Source of the DNA: Gemmatales bacterium
Lineage (GTDB): Bacteria > Planctomycetota > Planctomycetia > Gemmatales > HRBIN36
Reading direction: 5' to 3'
Length of the DNA: 64,000 bases
Assembly: GCA_041640595.1 (NCBI GenBank)
Contig: JBEPZY010000001.1
Location: forward strand, 640,001-704,000
Shown here: positions 20,509 to 30,506 of the stretch, one piece after another
Position numbering within the stretch: position 1 is the stretch's first letter
How the letters are laid out: every line of letters starts with the position of its first letter
Made by a program: the position numbers and the translations under genes
The notes under the pieces: generated by a model
Told to the model about the DNA's origin: nothing
The model's input: only the letters and a program-made list of their open reading frames with translations
Database searches by the model: none

Positions 20509-22323
20509 CTAGAAGAGCCCGTGCACTGCAAAAATCCACAAGCTGTTCAACTCGCTAAGCGTTTCCTTGGGTGCCCAAAGCTCAAAGATGATGGTGTCCC
20601 TTTCGAGTTTGAACCCCAACGAGAAAAATGCTGGGGTGTTACCGGGATAGGCATCTTTGGGGATCAGGTTCCCCAGTCCCATAACCGCAGAAGCTTTTTC
20701 CACCCCTTCCAGCACATGCCTCCACCATCCGGGAAATTGCAGCATCATCAGGCCGGTCAATTCATCTCCCAGCGGGGCACGATGTTTCTGCAGTCGGGCA
20801 AAAGGCGGGGCATTGCTGGAACGATACCGTTGCAACCACTGCTCGGCTTGCTTTTGCTCGCCGGTGAGCAGGATATAAAGCTGCTGATTGTCAGCGGCTA
20901 ACCATATCGTCCATTGATGGCCGAACATGTGCCGCAGAAATGCCTCTTCCGCCGCAGCACTCTCCCCGTGAGCGGTACTGAAATGCGACCAGCGGATTTC
21001 CGCGTCTATGCGACTAGCGGGTAAGCCGAGCAATTGACCCGCTTCCGCTTGCACTCGCATACGCACTGCGTCTTTCGGAAGCAAACCCGCGAGTTGTTCG
21101 CAGGCTTGCACCAACACTCGCTTGGCCTGTTCGGGCTTTTCTGCCTGGAAAACCCACAAACCGCGGTATTGAGAATCCTGGGCCCATTGCCAGCGGCGAA
21201 TGCCACACTGCAACAATTTTTCCGCAGTATCTGCTAACAGTCGCTCCGCCGCAGCGGAAGCCGGAGAAAGTTCATTTCCGGCCTGGCGAATGGCACGCGC
21301 ATAACGTCGCAAAAAAGGCTCCAGCATCCAATCCTCGTCCCAGCTTCCGTACTGGTGTAAATTTTCCGGCATCCGGTCGAGATCGGCGACACTATGCCGG
21401 CGGGCATTAGCCAGGCTCTGTGCCAGGGGAGAATTCGCTCTGGTTCGTGCTGCCAACCGCAAACGGACACCTTCGTTTTCGATGCTGCCGGTTATCAGGC
21501 AGTAATCGAGATCACGACCAAGCTCAACAAAATCGAGAACCATCTCCGCGACAGCTTGCTGGGAATGGCCAAACGTTTGCCCTCGCAAAAGTTCCGGCAG
21601 CTGCTTCCGAGCTTCCTTCAGGAAATCTTCGACGAGTGCGAATAATGGCGGTATTTTGAGGTACGCGGCAACATCAGCTTGCGACCAGAGTCGAGTTTCT
21701 TCCGCTCGCAACTGGGAGCGTAATGAGAGCGGTTTCGCTTGACCCTTATTTCGAGCCAACGCTACCAGTTGACCGGCCAGTTCCGCTTTCGGTGTCAAAA
21801 GGGCGTAGTCGCTGGCCAAGTATATGAACACCTCCTGGCCGGCAATGACCGTGCGTCGGTAACCTTCTGGTCGAAGCTGAAGCTGTTTGTACTCCTCGCC
21901 GGACAAAAATCCCTTCAGGAAAGCCTCGCCATCCCGAATCGGCAAACCAATGACAACAGCAGGCGGATGATCGGCAAACGACTGCCATTTCTCCACAGCC
22001 AGGAAAATGGCACGCTGGCCATCGAGCTGTTTGCGATCGCGGCCCTCCAGGAAAGCCTCAATTTGTTCCTGAAGAGTTTTGCGCACAGCGTCGGCAGCTG
22101 CGGGCATTGTTTCTTGTAACAGCTTGTCCAGGCGTTGTTGAAAACCGTCCAGTCCGCGAACCTGCACGACAAATTCCGTTTTGGCGGGTAACAATTCCAG
22201 GATGTCGCTGGCCGTTTCTTGAGCATGGGCCGCGGGTGCACGACTATCCGCAACCGGCCAGGTGAGCAGCATCAGAGCCAAGCCGCAGCACACCAGTCCC
22301 GCGAACGTTCTTCGGCCGTTCAT
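20509..22323 (-). CDS. Secreted hypothetical protein (DUF3352-like)
   Basis: 604-aa ORF with signal peptide and GGAG RBS. LLPAKTEFVVQVR start typical of planctomycete periplasmic proteins. Confidence 0.65.
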   Translation of the reverse strand: MNGRRTFAGLVCCGLALMLLTWPVADSRAPAAHAQETASDILELLPAKTEFVVQVRGLDGFQQRLDKLLQETMPAAADAVRKTLQEQIEAFLEGRDRKQLDGQRAIFLAVEKWQSFADHPPAVVIGLPIRDGEAFLKGFLSGEEYKQLQLRPEGYRRTVIAGQEVFIYLASDYALLTPKAELAGQLVALARNKGQAKPLSLRSQLRAEETRLWSQADVAAYLKIPPLFALVEDFLKEARKQLPELLRGQTFGHSQQAVAEMVLDFVELGRDLDYCLITGSIENEGVRLRLAARTRANSPLAQSLANARRHSVADLDRMPENLHQYGSWDEDWMLEPFLRRYARAIRQAGNELSPASAAAERLLADTAEKLLQCGIRRWQWAQDSQYRGLWVFQAEKPEQAKRVLVQACEQLAGLLPKDAVRMRVQAEAGQLLGLPASRIDAEIRWSHFSTAHGESAAAEEAFLRHMFGHQWTIWLAADNQQLYILLTGEQKQAEQWLQRYRSSNAPPFARLQKHRAPLGDELTGLMMLQFPGWWRHVLEGVEKASAVMGLGNLIPKDAYPGNTPAFFSLGFKLERDTIIFELWAPKETLSELNSLWIFAVHGLF

Positions 22324-22584
22324 GGTCGCTCCTTTCCCAGTCGCCGGACCGCTTCAGAATTGCCACGCATTCTTAGGATAGATTGACCCGGTCTAGCCAC
22401 GCGTGCCTGTTCCGACCGATTGGATATGTACCCAGGCGGCCTTACTACGAGTCGCGGACATTATAGCCAGGACTGGACGAAGTTGGGACTCCTGGGGCTC
22501 TTGAAATCGGGCTAGGCAAGGCCAGCAGCTTCGTTTATAATCCGCGGCCAGCTGTCGTTACGTCCTGGATGGCGGAGACTCGCC

Positions 22585-23586
22585 GTGGCTGACGAAGTAG
22601 TGCCCGTCGTCGAAACCCAGCACCTGACCAAAATCTACCAGAACCGGCGAATTGCCCTCAACGATGTTACTTTGCGCCTGGAGACCGGGGCCGTTCTCGG
22701 TTTAGTTGGTCCAAACGGAGCTGGCAAGACCACGTTGTTGCGTTTACTGCTGGGTTTGCACCGACCGACTGCGGGCTGGGTCAAAGTTTTCGGGCAATAC
22801 ATGACGCCCAATGCTGCCGCTTTGCGTCGGCGAATGGGGTACATTCCCTCGCATCCGCAGTTTCCGCGTGGCTTGACGCCTATTGCCTATTTGGACTACA
22901 TGGGTCGCTTGTTTGGTTTGTCCCGGCAGGAACGTAAACCTCGTCTGGCAGCGTTATTGCGAGCCGTGGATTTGCTGGAAGTTTCGGGCGAACCTATAGC
23001 CGGTTTCTCACACGGCATGATGGTGCGACTGGCTCTGGCAGCTAGTCTGATCAACGATCCGGAGCTGTTGATCTGGGACGAACCCACACACGGTCTCGAT
23101 CCGGAAGCCCGCCGCAGTATGCTCGAGCTGATCAAGAACTTGAGCCAGGCGAAAACCCTGATCGTTTCCAGCCATAACCTCAGCGACGTGGACGAGGTAT
23201 GCACGCAAGTAGCCGTGCTCAGTGAAGGACATTTGATTTACAGCGGTTCCCTTCAGGATTTGCGCGGGAAAATGCGAGGCCGTCAGTTTGAAATCGAACT
23301 CGACGGCGACCAGAAAGCCATTGCCAAAGTCCTTCAAACCGTGCGTGGGCTGGGCGAAGTAAAACAGGCACAGTTGCGCCAAAAACGGCTTGAAATCGTT
23401 TTGAACGATACAGGTTTATCCTCGAGCGCTTTGGCCAGCATTTTCATGACGATTAGCGATAACAAGGTAGATGTTCTTTCGGTGCGCAGTGCTGGACAGC
23501 CGACTGAACAGGCATTTCTGCAATTGGTCGAACAGGAAGAATCGCGGGGCTTCGCTCGCGCTTGGAGTTATCGGGAGGCGGCTTGA
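22585..23586 (+). CDS. ABC-2 type transporter ATP-binding protein
   Basis: GPNGAGKTT, FSHGM, LIWDEPT and SSH. Confidence 0.93.
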   Translation: MADEVVPVVETQHLTKIYQNRRIALNDVTLRLETGAVLGLVGPNGAGKTTLLRLLLGLHRPTAGWVKVFGQYMTPNAAALRRRMGYIPSHPQFPRGLTPIAYLDYMGRLFGLSRQERKPRLAALLRAVDLLEVSGEPIAGFSHGMMVRLALAASLINDPELLIWDEPTHGLDPEARRSMLELIKNLSQAKTLIVSSHNLSDVDEVCTQVAVLSEGHLIYSGSLQDLRGKMRGRQFEIELDGDQKAIAKVLQTVRGLGEVKQAQLRQKRLEIVLNDTGLSSSALASIFMTISDNKVDVLSVRSAGQPTEQAFLQLVEQEESRGFARAWSYREAA

Positions 23587-24377
23587 TGGCAAGCCACGCC
23601 GCAGCTATCGCTGCCAGCAATCCACCACGCCGATTTTACTGGTGGCTGCCTTACGCAGCCGTGCTTGGTATGGAATGGCGGCAAACCTGGCGTAGCTGGA
23701 TGTTCCGTGTGGCTATGCTTCTGGTAGCGGTGCTGGCTATTGGTTACGTCCTGCATCGGGCAGCTATTTACCACCAGGCGGGGATTCTCCAGTCTGCTAC
23801 GGTGACTCTGGCGGAAGTATTGCAAGCAGGACTACTTCTCGGCCCGACGCTGATGGTTATTCTGAGCGCTGGTACGATTGCCTCGGAGAGGGGCACCCTG
23901 GCGGATTCGGTGTTGAGCCGTGGTATCAGCCGCTATGCTTACTTTTTAGGCAAATGGCACGGGCGACTGGCAGCGTTACTGGCGGGATATTTTTTGGCGG
24001 TAGGCATTGTGGTATTGCTAGCTTGCGTTTTGTTGCGTAGGGAAGACATATCGCTCATGGGAACCCTGTGGGCGTTGTTACTGGAGGCGAGCGTGCTGGC
24101 AGCGGTCATCTCCATCGGCGTCTTTTTCAGTACGACCAGTCCGGGCACAGCGATGGCCATGCTGCTGACGTGGGTGGTCGTACACGGCCTGGCTGCTTTG
24201 CTCTGGATTAGCGGGCTGACTCTGCTTCATCCGCAAGGGTTGTGGCGATGGTTACCGTTGCTGTTACGGGGACAGTATGACGCAATTGTCGTTGCACAGG
24301 CGATTGGCTGGGCATGGTTAGTGGTGATGGGAGCAGCGTTGATGGGGCTGGTGCATTTTTCGCGTTGCGATGTGTAA
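23586..24377 (+). CDS. ABC-2 type transporter permease
   Basis: About six hydrophobic segments and IASERGTL...SRYAYFLGK. Start overlaps the ATPase stop. Confidence 0.85.
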   Translation: MASHAAAIAASNPPRRFYWWLPYAAVLGMEWRQTWRSWMFRVAMLLVAVLAIGYVLHRAAIYHQAGILQSATVTLAEVLQAGLLLGPTLMVILSAGTIASERGTLADSVLSRGISRYAYFLGKWHGRLAALLAGYFLAVGIVVLLACVLLRREDISLMGTLWALLLEASVLAAVISIGVFFSTTSPGTAMAMLLTWVVVHGLAALLWISGLTLLHPQGLWRWLPLLLRGQYDAIVVAQAIGWAWLVVMGAALMGLVHFSRCDV

Positions 24378-24428
24378 AATAACGCCACTGGCTCGCTTGG
24401 CAATTCGGACTTTGCGTGGGGCCATGGT

Positions 24429-25529
24429 ATGACACTGCTGCGGGACGTGATGGCCGTCCTGAATCGGCTGGCACCTCTGGAACTGGCGGAAGAATGGGAC
24501 AACGTCGGCCTGTTACTTGGGCGCTCGGATCAGCCGGTGCAGCGGGTGATGACCTGTTTGACCATCACGAGCACAACCGTCGCTGAGGCGTGTCAGGAAA
24601 ATGCGGACCTGATTGTGACCCACCACCCGCTTTTTTACCGACCCGTACAGCGCGTCAATGATCAAAACGAGGAAGGGCGTCTGGCCCTGACCCTGACGCG
24701 TGCTGGTATCGCCGTTTACAGTGCCCACACCGCTTACGATAATGCTCCGGGCGGCATCAACGATCAGATCGCTGGGTTGCTGGAACTGGAATCGGTGCGG
24801 CCGTTGCGTCCGGCTCTGGCAGAACGGCAGTGCAAAATTGTCGTTTTTGTGCCCGAAAGCGATTTAGCTCGCGTGAGCGATGCCCTGTTTGCTGTGGGTG
24901 CGGGACAAATTGGGCAGTACCGCGAATGCAGTTTCCGGTTACCAGGTACCGGTACCTTTTTCGGTACCGAGCAAACCCATCCCACCGTGGGGCAAAAGGG
25001 CCGACGCGAAGAAGTGGCCGAGTGGCGACTCGAAGTTATCTGTCCAGAGCGATTGGTGGATGAAGCAATCCGGGCTTTGCGAGCAGCTCACTCTTATGAA
25101 GAACCTGCCTACGACGTTTATCCTTTGCGACCGGCTCAGCGGCCCGGCGGTGCTGGTCGAATTGGCCGACTTCCGCGCGAGCTTACATTGCAACAGCTGG
25201 TCGAAAAAGTGCGCCGGCACTGGCAGTTCGAGACCGTGCGTTATGTCGGGGAACCCGAACAGATTGTCGGTCGCGTGGCCATCGGTTGCGGTGCTGGTGG
25301 GAGTCTCCTTGCCGATGCTCTTCGCGCGGGAGCGGAGGTTTTTGTGACCGGCGAGATGCGTTTTCATGATTTGCTGGCAGCCCAGGCCGAGGGGGTCTCG
25401 GTTGTTTTGCTCGGTCATTTCAGCAGCGAACGTTTTGCGATGGAAACGCTGGCACAACGCCTGGCCGAGCTTTTTCCACAGCTGACGATTTGGCCAAGCC
25501 GAAGGGAACGGCCCATTGTTCGCACGTGA
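24429..25529 (+). CDS. Nif3-like dinuclear metal protein with PII-like insert (YqfO type)
   Basis: WDNVGLL, THHP, HTAYD, AHSYEEPAYD and GHFSSE. Confidence 0.93.
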   Translation: MTLLRDVMAVLNRLAPLELAEEWDNVGLLLGRSDQPVQRVMTCLTITSTTVAEACQENADLIVTHHPLFYRPVQRVNDQNEEGRLALTLTRAGIAVYSAHTAYDNAPGGINDQIAGLLELESVRPLRPALAERQCKIVVFVPESDLARVSDALFAVGAGQIGQYRECSFRLPGTGTFFGTEQTHPTVGQKGRREEVAEWRLEVICPERLVDEAIRALRAAHSYEEPAYDVYPLRPAQRPGGAGRIGRLPRELTLQQLVEKVRRHWQFETVRYVGEPEQIVGRVAIGCGAGGSLLADALRAGAEVFVTGEMRFHDLLAAQAEGVSVVLLGHFSSERFAMETLAQRLAELFPQLTIWPSRRERPIVRT

Positions 25530-25738
25530 TGGTTCAGCCCATCCTCATGCAGCCAGAGGTTCGCGAACCACGACAAGTTACTTCCCACCCGTAAACGCCG
25601 CTTATCCGAGGGCAATAACCGTCGGCGAAGTAGTTGTGCGTGTTTGCGAGGTTCTGCGGCCAATCGTCATGCGGCCATGCCGGAACCGTAACACGCGTTA
25701 AAACAATCCATCCGTGATCGCAAGACCGATCGCCTGTC

Positions 25739-28009
25739 CTACAAGCCATGAGGCGAGAAGCGACGCAAACGCAGGCTGTTGAGCACAACGGATAAGCTGC
25801 TGAACGCCATTGCCGCAGCGGCCAGAATCGGATGAAGCCAGCGAAAAGCTGCTGCCGGGATTGCGAGCACGTTGTAGAAAAAAGCCCAGAAAAGATTGCC
25901 GTAAATCACACGCAGGGTTCGCCGTGCCAGGCGAAGCATGGTCGGCACGGCTAATGGGTCGTTGTGAAGCAGGACAACTTGCCCAGCTTCGATAGCCACA
26001 TCGGTTCCACTGCCGAAAGCGATGCCGACATCGGCCTGGGCCAGTGCGGGACCATCGTTGATCCCGTCGCCGACGAAAGCCACTATCCGTCCAGCCTTTT
26101 GTAACTCAGCCACCTTGCTTGCCTTGGCTTCCGGTTTAACACCGGCAAATACGTAGCGGATACCGAGCTGAGAAGCAACAGCCTCAGCAACGTGCGGATG
26201 GTCGCCGGTCACCAAATAGGGTTCGACGCCAAGGTCGCGCAACTGGTCAACGGCAGCACCGCTTCCAGGACGGATACGGTCGGCGATTCCCAATATTCCC
26301 AACACACGCCAGTCGCCGCGCCCTGACCGACCGTCAGCCTGGTTTTCGGAGCGTGCCGCGCTCGTCGCGGATGACAGATTTTCGGACCTGGAAGCAACAG
26401 CGACAAATATAGGTGTCATACCTCTGACGGCCAACTCCTCCGCTCGCAATTCCGCCTGGCGTGGCAGCGTTATTCCAAATTGGTTCAGGAAATCACGATT
26501 GCCGACCAGCACTCGCAAACTTCCGACCGTCGCTTCGACCCCCAGACCTGGATGTGCCCGAAACTGATCCGCAACCGGCGGCTTGATCTGATGAGCAGAG
26601 GCGTATTGCAGAATTGCCGCGGCGAGATGATGCTCTGAGCTCTGCTCCGCTGCTGCTGCCAGCCGCAGAACCTGGTCGAGGCCGAAATGCGGATCCAGTG
26701 CGAAAGCCTGTTGTACTTCCGGCCGACCTTCGGTGAGCGTCCCGGTTTTGTCAAACAACACGACATGGACTCGGGCGGCACGTTCGAGCACAGCGCCGTC
26801 GCGGATCAAAATGCCCAATTCAGCGCCGCGACCTGTCGCAACCACCAGGGCAACTGGCGTTGCCAGCCCCAGAGCGCACGGGCAGGCAATGATCAACGTC
26901 GCCACCAGGGCTTCCAATGCTGCTGACAAAGCTGGTTTCCAACCATGGGGCCATTCCCACCAGCACCAGCTGATCGCAGCAATCATCGCCACGCCAACTA
27001 CTACCGGCACAAATACGCCAGCCACGCGATCTGCGAAGCGTTGAACAGGAACCTTGCTAAGTTGTGCCCGTTCGACCAGAGCGACAATCTTCGCCAGCGT
27101 GGTGTCCGCGCCGCTGGCCGTTACTCGAACCCGCAAAGCCCCCGTCGTGTTCAGAGTCCCGGCGAAGACGCGATCACCTGTTTTTTTGGGTACCGGATAA
27201 GGTTCCCCGGTCAACATGCTTTCCACGACTGCCGACTCACCATCTATCACCTCACCGTCTGCAGGAACGCGGTCGCCGGGGCGAAGAATTACCACATCGC
27301 CCGGCCGCACGTCACCGATGGGCACTTCGATTTCCTGTTCCTGTCGCCAGACCCTCGCCTGTTGCGGTTGCAGAGCCAGTAACCGCTCGATAGCCGCGGA
27401 AGCGCGACCTCGAGCGCGTGCCTCCAGGAACTGGCCGAGCAAGACCAGGACTATGATTCCTGCCTGGGCCTCAAAGTACACTTCGCCCGCATCCACGTTC
27501 CACCAGCTCAGTGCTGTTACCGCGGCTCCGTGAAAAAACGCCGCCAGCGTTCCCAGAGCGATGAGCGTGTTCATGTCGGCCGTAAGACTTTTCAGGCGTT
27601 GCCAGGCACCTTGCAAAAAAGGCCAGCCACACCAGAACTGCAACGGCAAACAGAGCAGCAAAAGCAACTCATTCCGCCACGCAAAAGAAATGTGCAGCAT
27701 GGAAATCACAATCACCGGCACGGCTAGCGCGGCGGCAATAAGCAAACGATAGCGTTCCGTTGAAAAATCGGGTTTAGTGCGACGCTCCAAAGTATCGGCG
27801 GCCAAAACGGTGGCACGGTAACCAGCCCGACTTACGGCTGCGATTAAATCCTCATCACCAGGTGGAGGTTCTTCGGTGACCACCAGAGCTTCACCCTGGG
27901 CCAGGTTCACGCTGGCCGTGCGTACGCCCGGAACTTGCTGGAGTGCTGCCTCCACCCGGCTTACACACGAAGCACAGTGCATCCCTTCGATTCGCAGCCG
28001 TTTTTCCAT
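25739..28009 (-). CDS. copA: Cu(I)-translocating P1B-1 ATPase
   Basis: GMHCASC metal-binding domain, TGE, CPC, DKTGT, GDGIND, YN and MAFSS. Confidence 0.92.
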   Translation of the reverse strand: MEKRLRIEGMHCASCVSRVEAALQQVPGVRTASVNLAQGEALVVTEEPPPGDEDLIAAVSRAGYRATVLAADTLERRTKPDFSTERYRLLIAAALAVPVIVISMLHISFAWRNELLLLLCLPLQFWCGWPFLQGAWQRLKSLTADMNTLIALGTLAAFFHGAAVTALSWWNVDAGEVYFEAQAGIIVLVLLGQFLEARARGRASAAIERLLALQPQQARVWRQEQEIEVPIGDVRPGDVVILRPGDRVPADGEVIDGESAVVESMLTGEPYPVPKKTGDRVFAGTLNTTGALRVRVTASGADTTLAKIVALVERAQLSKVPVQRFADRVAGVFVPVVVGVAMIAAISWCWWEWPHGWKPALSAALEALVATLIIACPCALGLATPVALVVATGRGAELGILIRDGAVLERAARVHVVLFDKTGTLTEGRPEVQQAFALDPHFGLDQVLRLAAAAEQSSEHHLAAAILQYASAHQIKPPVADQFRAHPGLGVEATVGSLRVLVGNRDFLNQFGITLPRQAELRAEELAVRGMTPIFVAVASRSENLSSATSAARSENQADGRSGRGDWRVLGILGIADRIRPGSGAAVDQLRDLGVEPYLVTGDHPHVAEAVASQLGIRYVFAGVKPEAKASKVAELQKAGRIVAFVGDGINDGPALAQADVGIAFGSGTDVAIEAGQVVLLHNDPLAVPTMLRLARRTLRVIYGNLFWAFFYNVLAIPAAAFRWLHPILAAAAMAFSSLSVVLNSLRLRRFSPHGL

Positions 28010-28178
28010 AAGTCTGCCTATTTCCTGCAAGCAGCTAGCCAGACACTGATCTGAATTGCTCCGTTACCTGTGCGCGACAATTTTCCGACAAGCTACACGC
28101 CCCAGGCCAATGGTTCCAGTGCCCGAACCGCCGGATAGCTCAAGATCGCTCCGACGCAATGTTGGCAAGGGTAGGCCG

Positions 28179-28928
28179 TCAAGGTTTGGCACTTTGGGTA
28201 GCGGCAGCAACTGCGGCGACGGAACGAAATTCAGGCGGCACATACGCGTACGCAATAGGGTCGCGTTCACCGGCTTCGAAAAATCCTTTGAGTCGCAGAA
28301 AACAACTGTCGCAGCGCCCGCAAGCCAGACCCTCGGCCGTCGGCTCGTAACAACTGTGCGTGAGACGAAAATCCACGCCCAGACGTTTGCCTTCCCGGAC
28401 AATGTCGGCTTTTCTGAAATAAAGCAGCGGAGCGTGCACACGGAAAACGCCCAGTCCTTCCACCGCAGCTTTTGTAGCCACATTCGCCAATGCCTCAAAC
28501 TGCCGGAGAAATTCCGGTCGGCAATCAGGATAACCGCTATAGTCAATGGCGTTGCAGCCGATGAAAATATCAAACGCCCCCACCACTTCCGCGTAGCCTA
28601 AAGCCAGGCCCAGAAGAACCGTATTACGGGCCGGGACGTAGGTAACTGGAATGCCACTCTCGATATCTTCGATTCGTCTATCCTTGGGCACTTCCTGTTC
28701 CCCGGTCAAGGCTGAACCCCCGATGGCACGCAGGTCCATGCGAACGATTCGGTGTTCGCTAACCCCGAGAGCTTCGGCAATGTGCCTCGCTGCCTCGAGT
28801 TCGCGTCGGTGTCGCTGGCCGTAGTCCACGGTTAAAGCGTAAACGGCAAAACCCTGGGCCCTGGCAATGGCCAGGGTGGTCGCACTATCCAGCCCGCCGC
28901 TTAGCAGTACTACCGCTCGGCTTTGCAT
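28179..28928 (-). CDS. queC: 7-cyano-7-deazaguanine synthase
   Basis: [19 protein letters not shown] and CGRCDSC. Confidence 0.96.
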   Translation of the reverse strand: MQSRAVVLLSGGLDSATTLAIARAQGFAVYALTVDYGQRHRRELEAARHIAEALGVSEHRIVRMDLRAIGGSALTGEQEVPKDRRIEDIESGIPVTYVPARNTVLLGLALGYAEVVGAFDIFIGCNAIDYSGYPDCRPEFLRQFEALANVATKAAVEGLGVFRVHAPLLYFRKADIVREGKRLGVDFRLTHSCYEPTAEGLACGRCDSCFLRLKGFFEAGERDPIAYAYVPPEFRSVAAVAAATQSAKP

Positions 28929-29088
28929 AGCCACACCGAGATGGCCGGGTCGAGAACTGCCTATCGCCCACGTGCCGTTGCTATGATTATCATATACTGA
29001 GCGCATCGGATTTACTGACGGAGCCGACAGCGGCTACGTGAACTCGTGTAGATCGGCTGAACAAGTGCCGTCATCAAGAGGACCTCCC

Positions 29089-29550
29089 ATGCCCGCACAA
29101 GTGGCTGCCAAACCAGCTGCCGATTTGCAACCCAGCGCTGACCAGCTCGAGACTTTCCCGAACGAATATCCGCAGCGCGATTACATAGTGGAGATCGAGT
29201 GCCCCGAATTTACCAGCGTTTGCCCACGCACCGGGCAGCCGGATTTCGGAACGATCACTTTCCGCTATATCCCCGACAAACTCTGCGTCGAACTCAAGTC
29301 GCTGAAGCTTTACCTGCAGCGGTATCGGCAAGTGGGCATCTTCTACGAAACGCTGGTGAACCGTTTACTGGATGATTTTGTAGCAGCCTGTCAGCCCCGT
29401 CATTGCGAGGTGATAGCAGAGTTCAATCCACGCGGAGGCATGACCACCACCGTAAGCGCCGTCTATGTTGCTGCCAGCGAAGAGGAAGACGAAACTTGCG
29501 AAAATTGCCAGTCTGTGCCCAAACGGCGACGCCGTTCCAGGCGGCGATGA
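29089..29550 (+). CDS. queF: preQ0 nitrile reductase (unimodular)
   Basis: EFTSVCPRTGQPDFG, VELKSLKLY and FNPRGG. Confidence 0.95.
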   Translation: MPAQVAAKPAADLQPSADQLETFPNEYPQRDYIVEIECPEFTSVCPRTGQPDFGTITFRYIPDKLCVELKSLKLYLQRYRQVGIFYETLVNRLLDDFVAACQPRHCEVIAEFNPRGGMTTTVSAVYVAASEEEDETCENCQSVPKRRRRSRRR

Positions 29551-29590
29551 TAAGCCCGTCCTGACCCAATGAGCGACCGCGAAAACGCTG

Positions 29591-30250
29591 ATGGCCGAAG
29601 TCATACCGCCGATCTTCCTGTTTCGATTTACCTTTCCGTGCCGGTATCGGTCGTTTGAACCACGTGCCCGGACGGAACGGTTACTGGATCTGCCGGCCGA
29701 GTATGCGTTGCCTCACTTAGGAGAACTGAACAGACAAAAGACCTTCGCCGAGGTGCGCGTTGCCTGGAATGAAGAGGGCTTGGGCATTCAGGTCGTCGTG
29801 CAGGGCAAAGACCGCCCGCCACTCGGTGATGCCCAGCGGCCACGGAGTTCGGATGGGCTGCATGTCTGGGTGAACACTCGTGGGGCTCGACAAATTCACC
29901 GAGCCGATCGCTATTGCCACTATTTTTACTTCTTGCCGAGCGGAGGAGGTGAGGATCGTGAATCGCCGGTAGCAGGGCAGTTGACCATACCGCGAGCGTT
30001 GCAGAACGCTCCGAGTTGTGCCCCGGGCGACCTGGCGTTGTACGTGCAACGGCGGAAGGAGGGTTATCTGTTGGAAGCGATTATCGCTGCCAGTGCCCTT
30101 CACGGATACGATCCAGAAAACCACCCGCGCCTGGGTTTTTTCTACTGGATACGGGATTTGGAATTAGGGGATCAAACCCTGACTGTGGGTCCGGACTTTC
30201 CTTTCTGGGAGGATCCCAGTTTATGGTGCACGCTGCAACTGGAAAGGTAA
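29591..30250 (+). CDS. Hypothetical protein, CBM9/DOMON-like fold
   Basis: AEVRVAWNEEGL, DGLHVWVNTR and DPSLW...L motifs typical of planctomycete CBM9-like proteins. Confidence 0.65.
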   Translation: MAEVIPPIFLFRFTFPCRYRSFEPRARTERLLDLPAEYALPHLGELNRQKTFAEVRVAWNEEGLGIQVVVQGKDRPPLGDAQRPRSSDGLHVWVNTRGARQIHRADRYCHYFYFLPSGGGEDRESPVAGQLTIPRALQNAPSCAPGDLALYVQRRKEGYLLEAIIAASALHGYDPENHPRLGFFYWIRDLELGDQTLTVGPDFPFWEDPSLWCTLQLER

Positions 30251-30506
30251 TGTGAGCTGACGCCCTGTTGCCTCCCGTTGTGCTTCTAACGCCGATAGCA
30301 CTAACATCAACAAAACTGCCAATCCTTGTCGCCTTCTGTCGCCAGTTACTGCTACTTTTGGAGCTAATGCGGCACCAGCCGAGAACGCTGTTGTTTTCGT
30401 TGCGTGATGCCATCTGATCGAACCGCGGAATCACCTGTGCGCTTTCTAGCAGGTTCAACCTGCCCCATTCACTGATTCCGACAACGGTGCTGTTCGTGTG
30501 GGGGCG

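Noticed and set aside
28929..29088. preQ1 riboswitch between queC and queF
   Set aside because: No hairpin plus A-rich tail matching preQ1 classes on either strand by eye.
28179..29550. 7-deazaguanine DNA-modification (dpd) or QatABCD defence system
   Set aside because: QueC and QueF look like housekeeping enzymes, and no dpdA, TatD or ATPase partners are adjacent.
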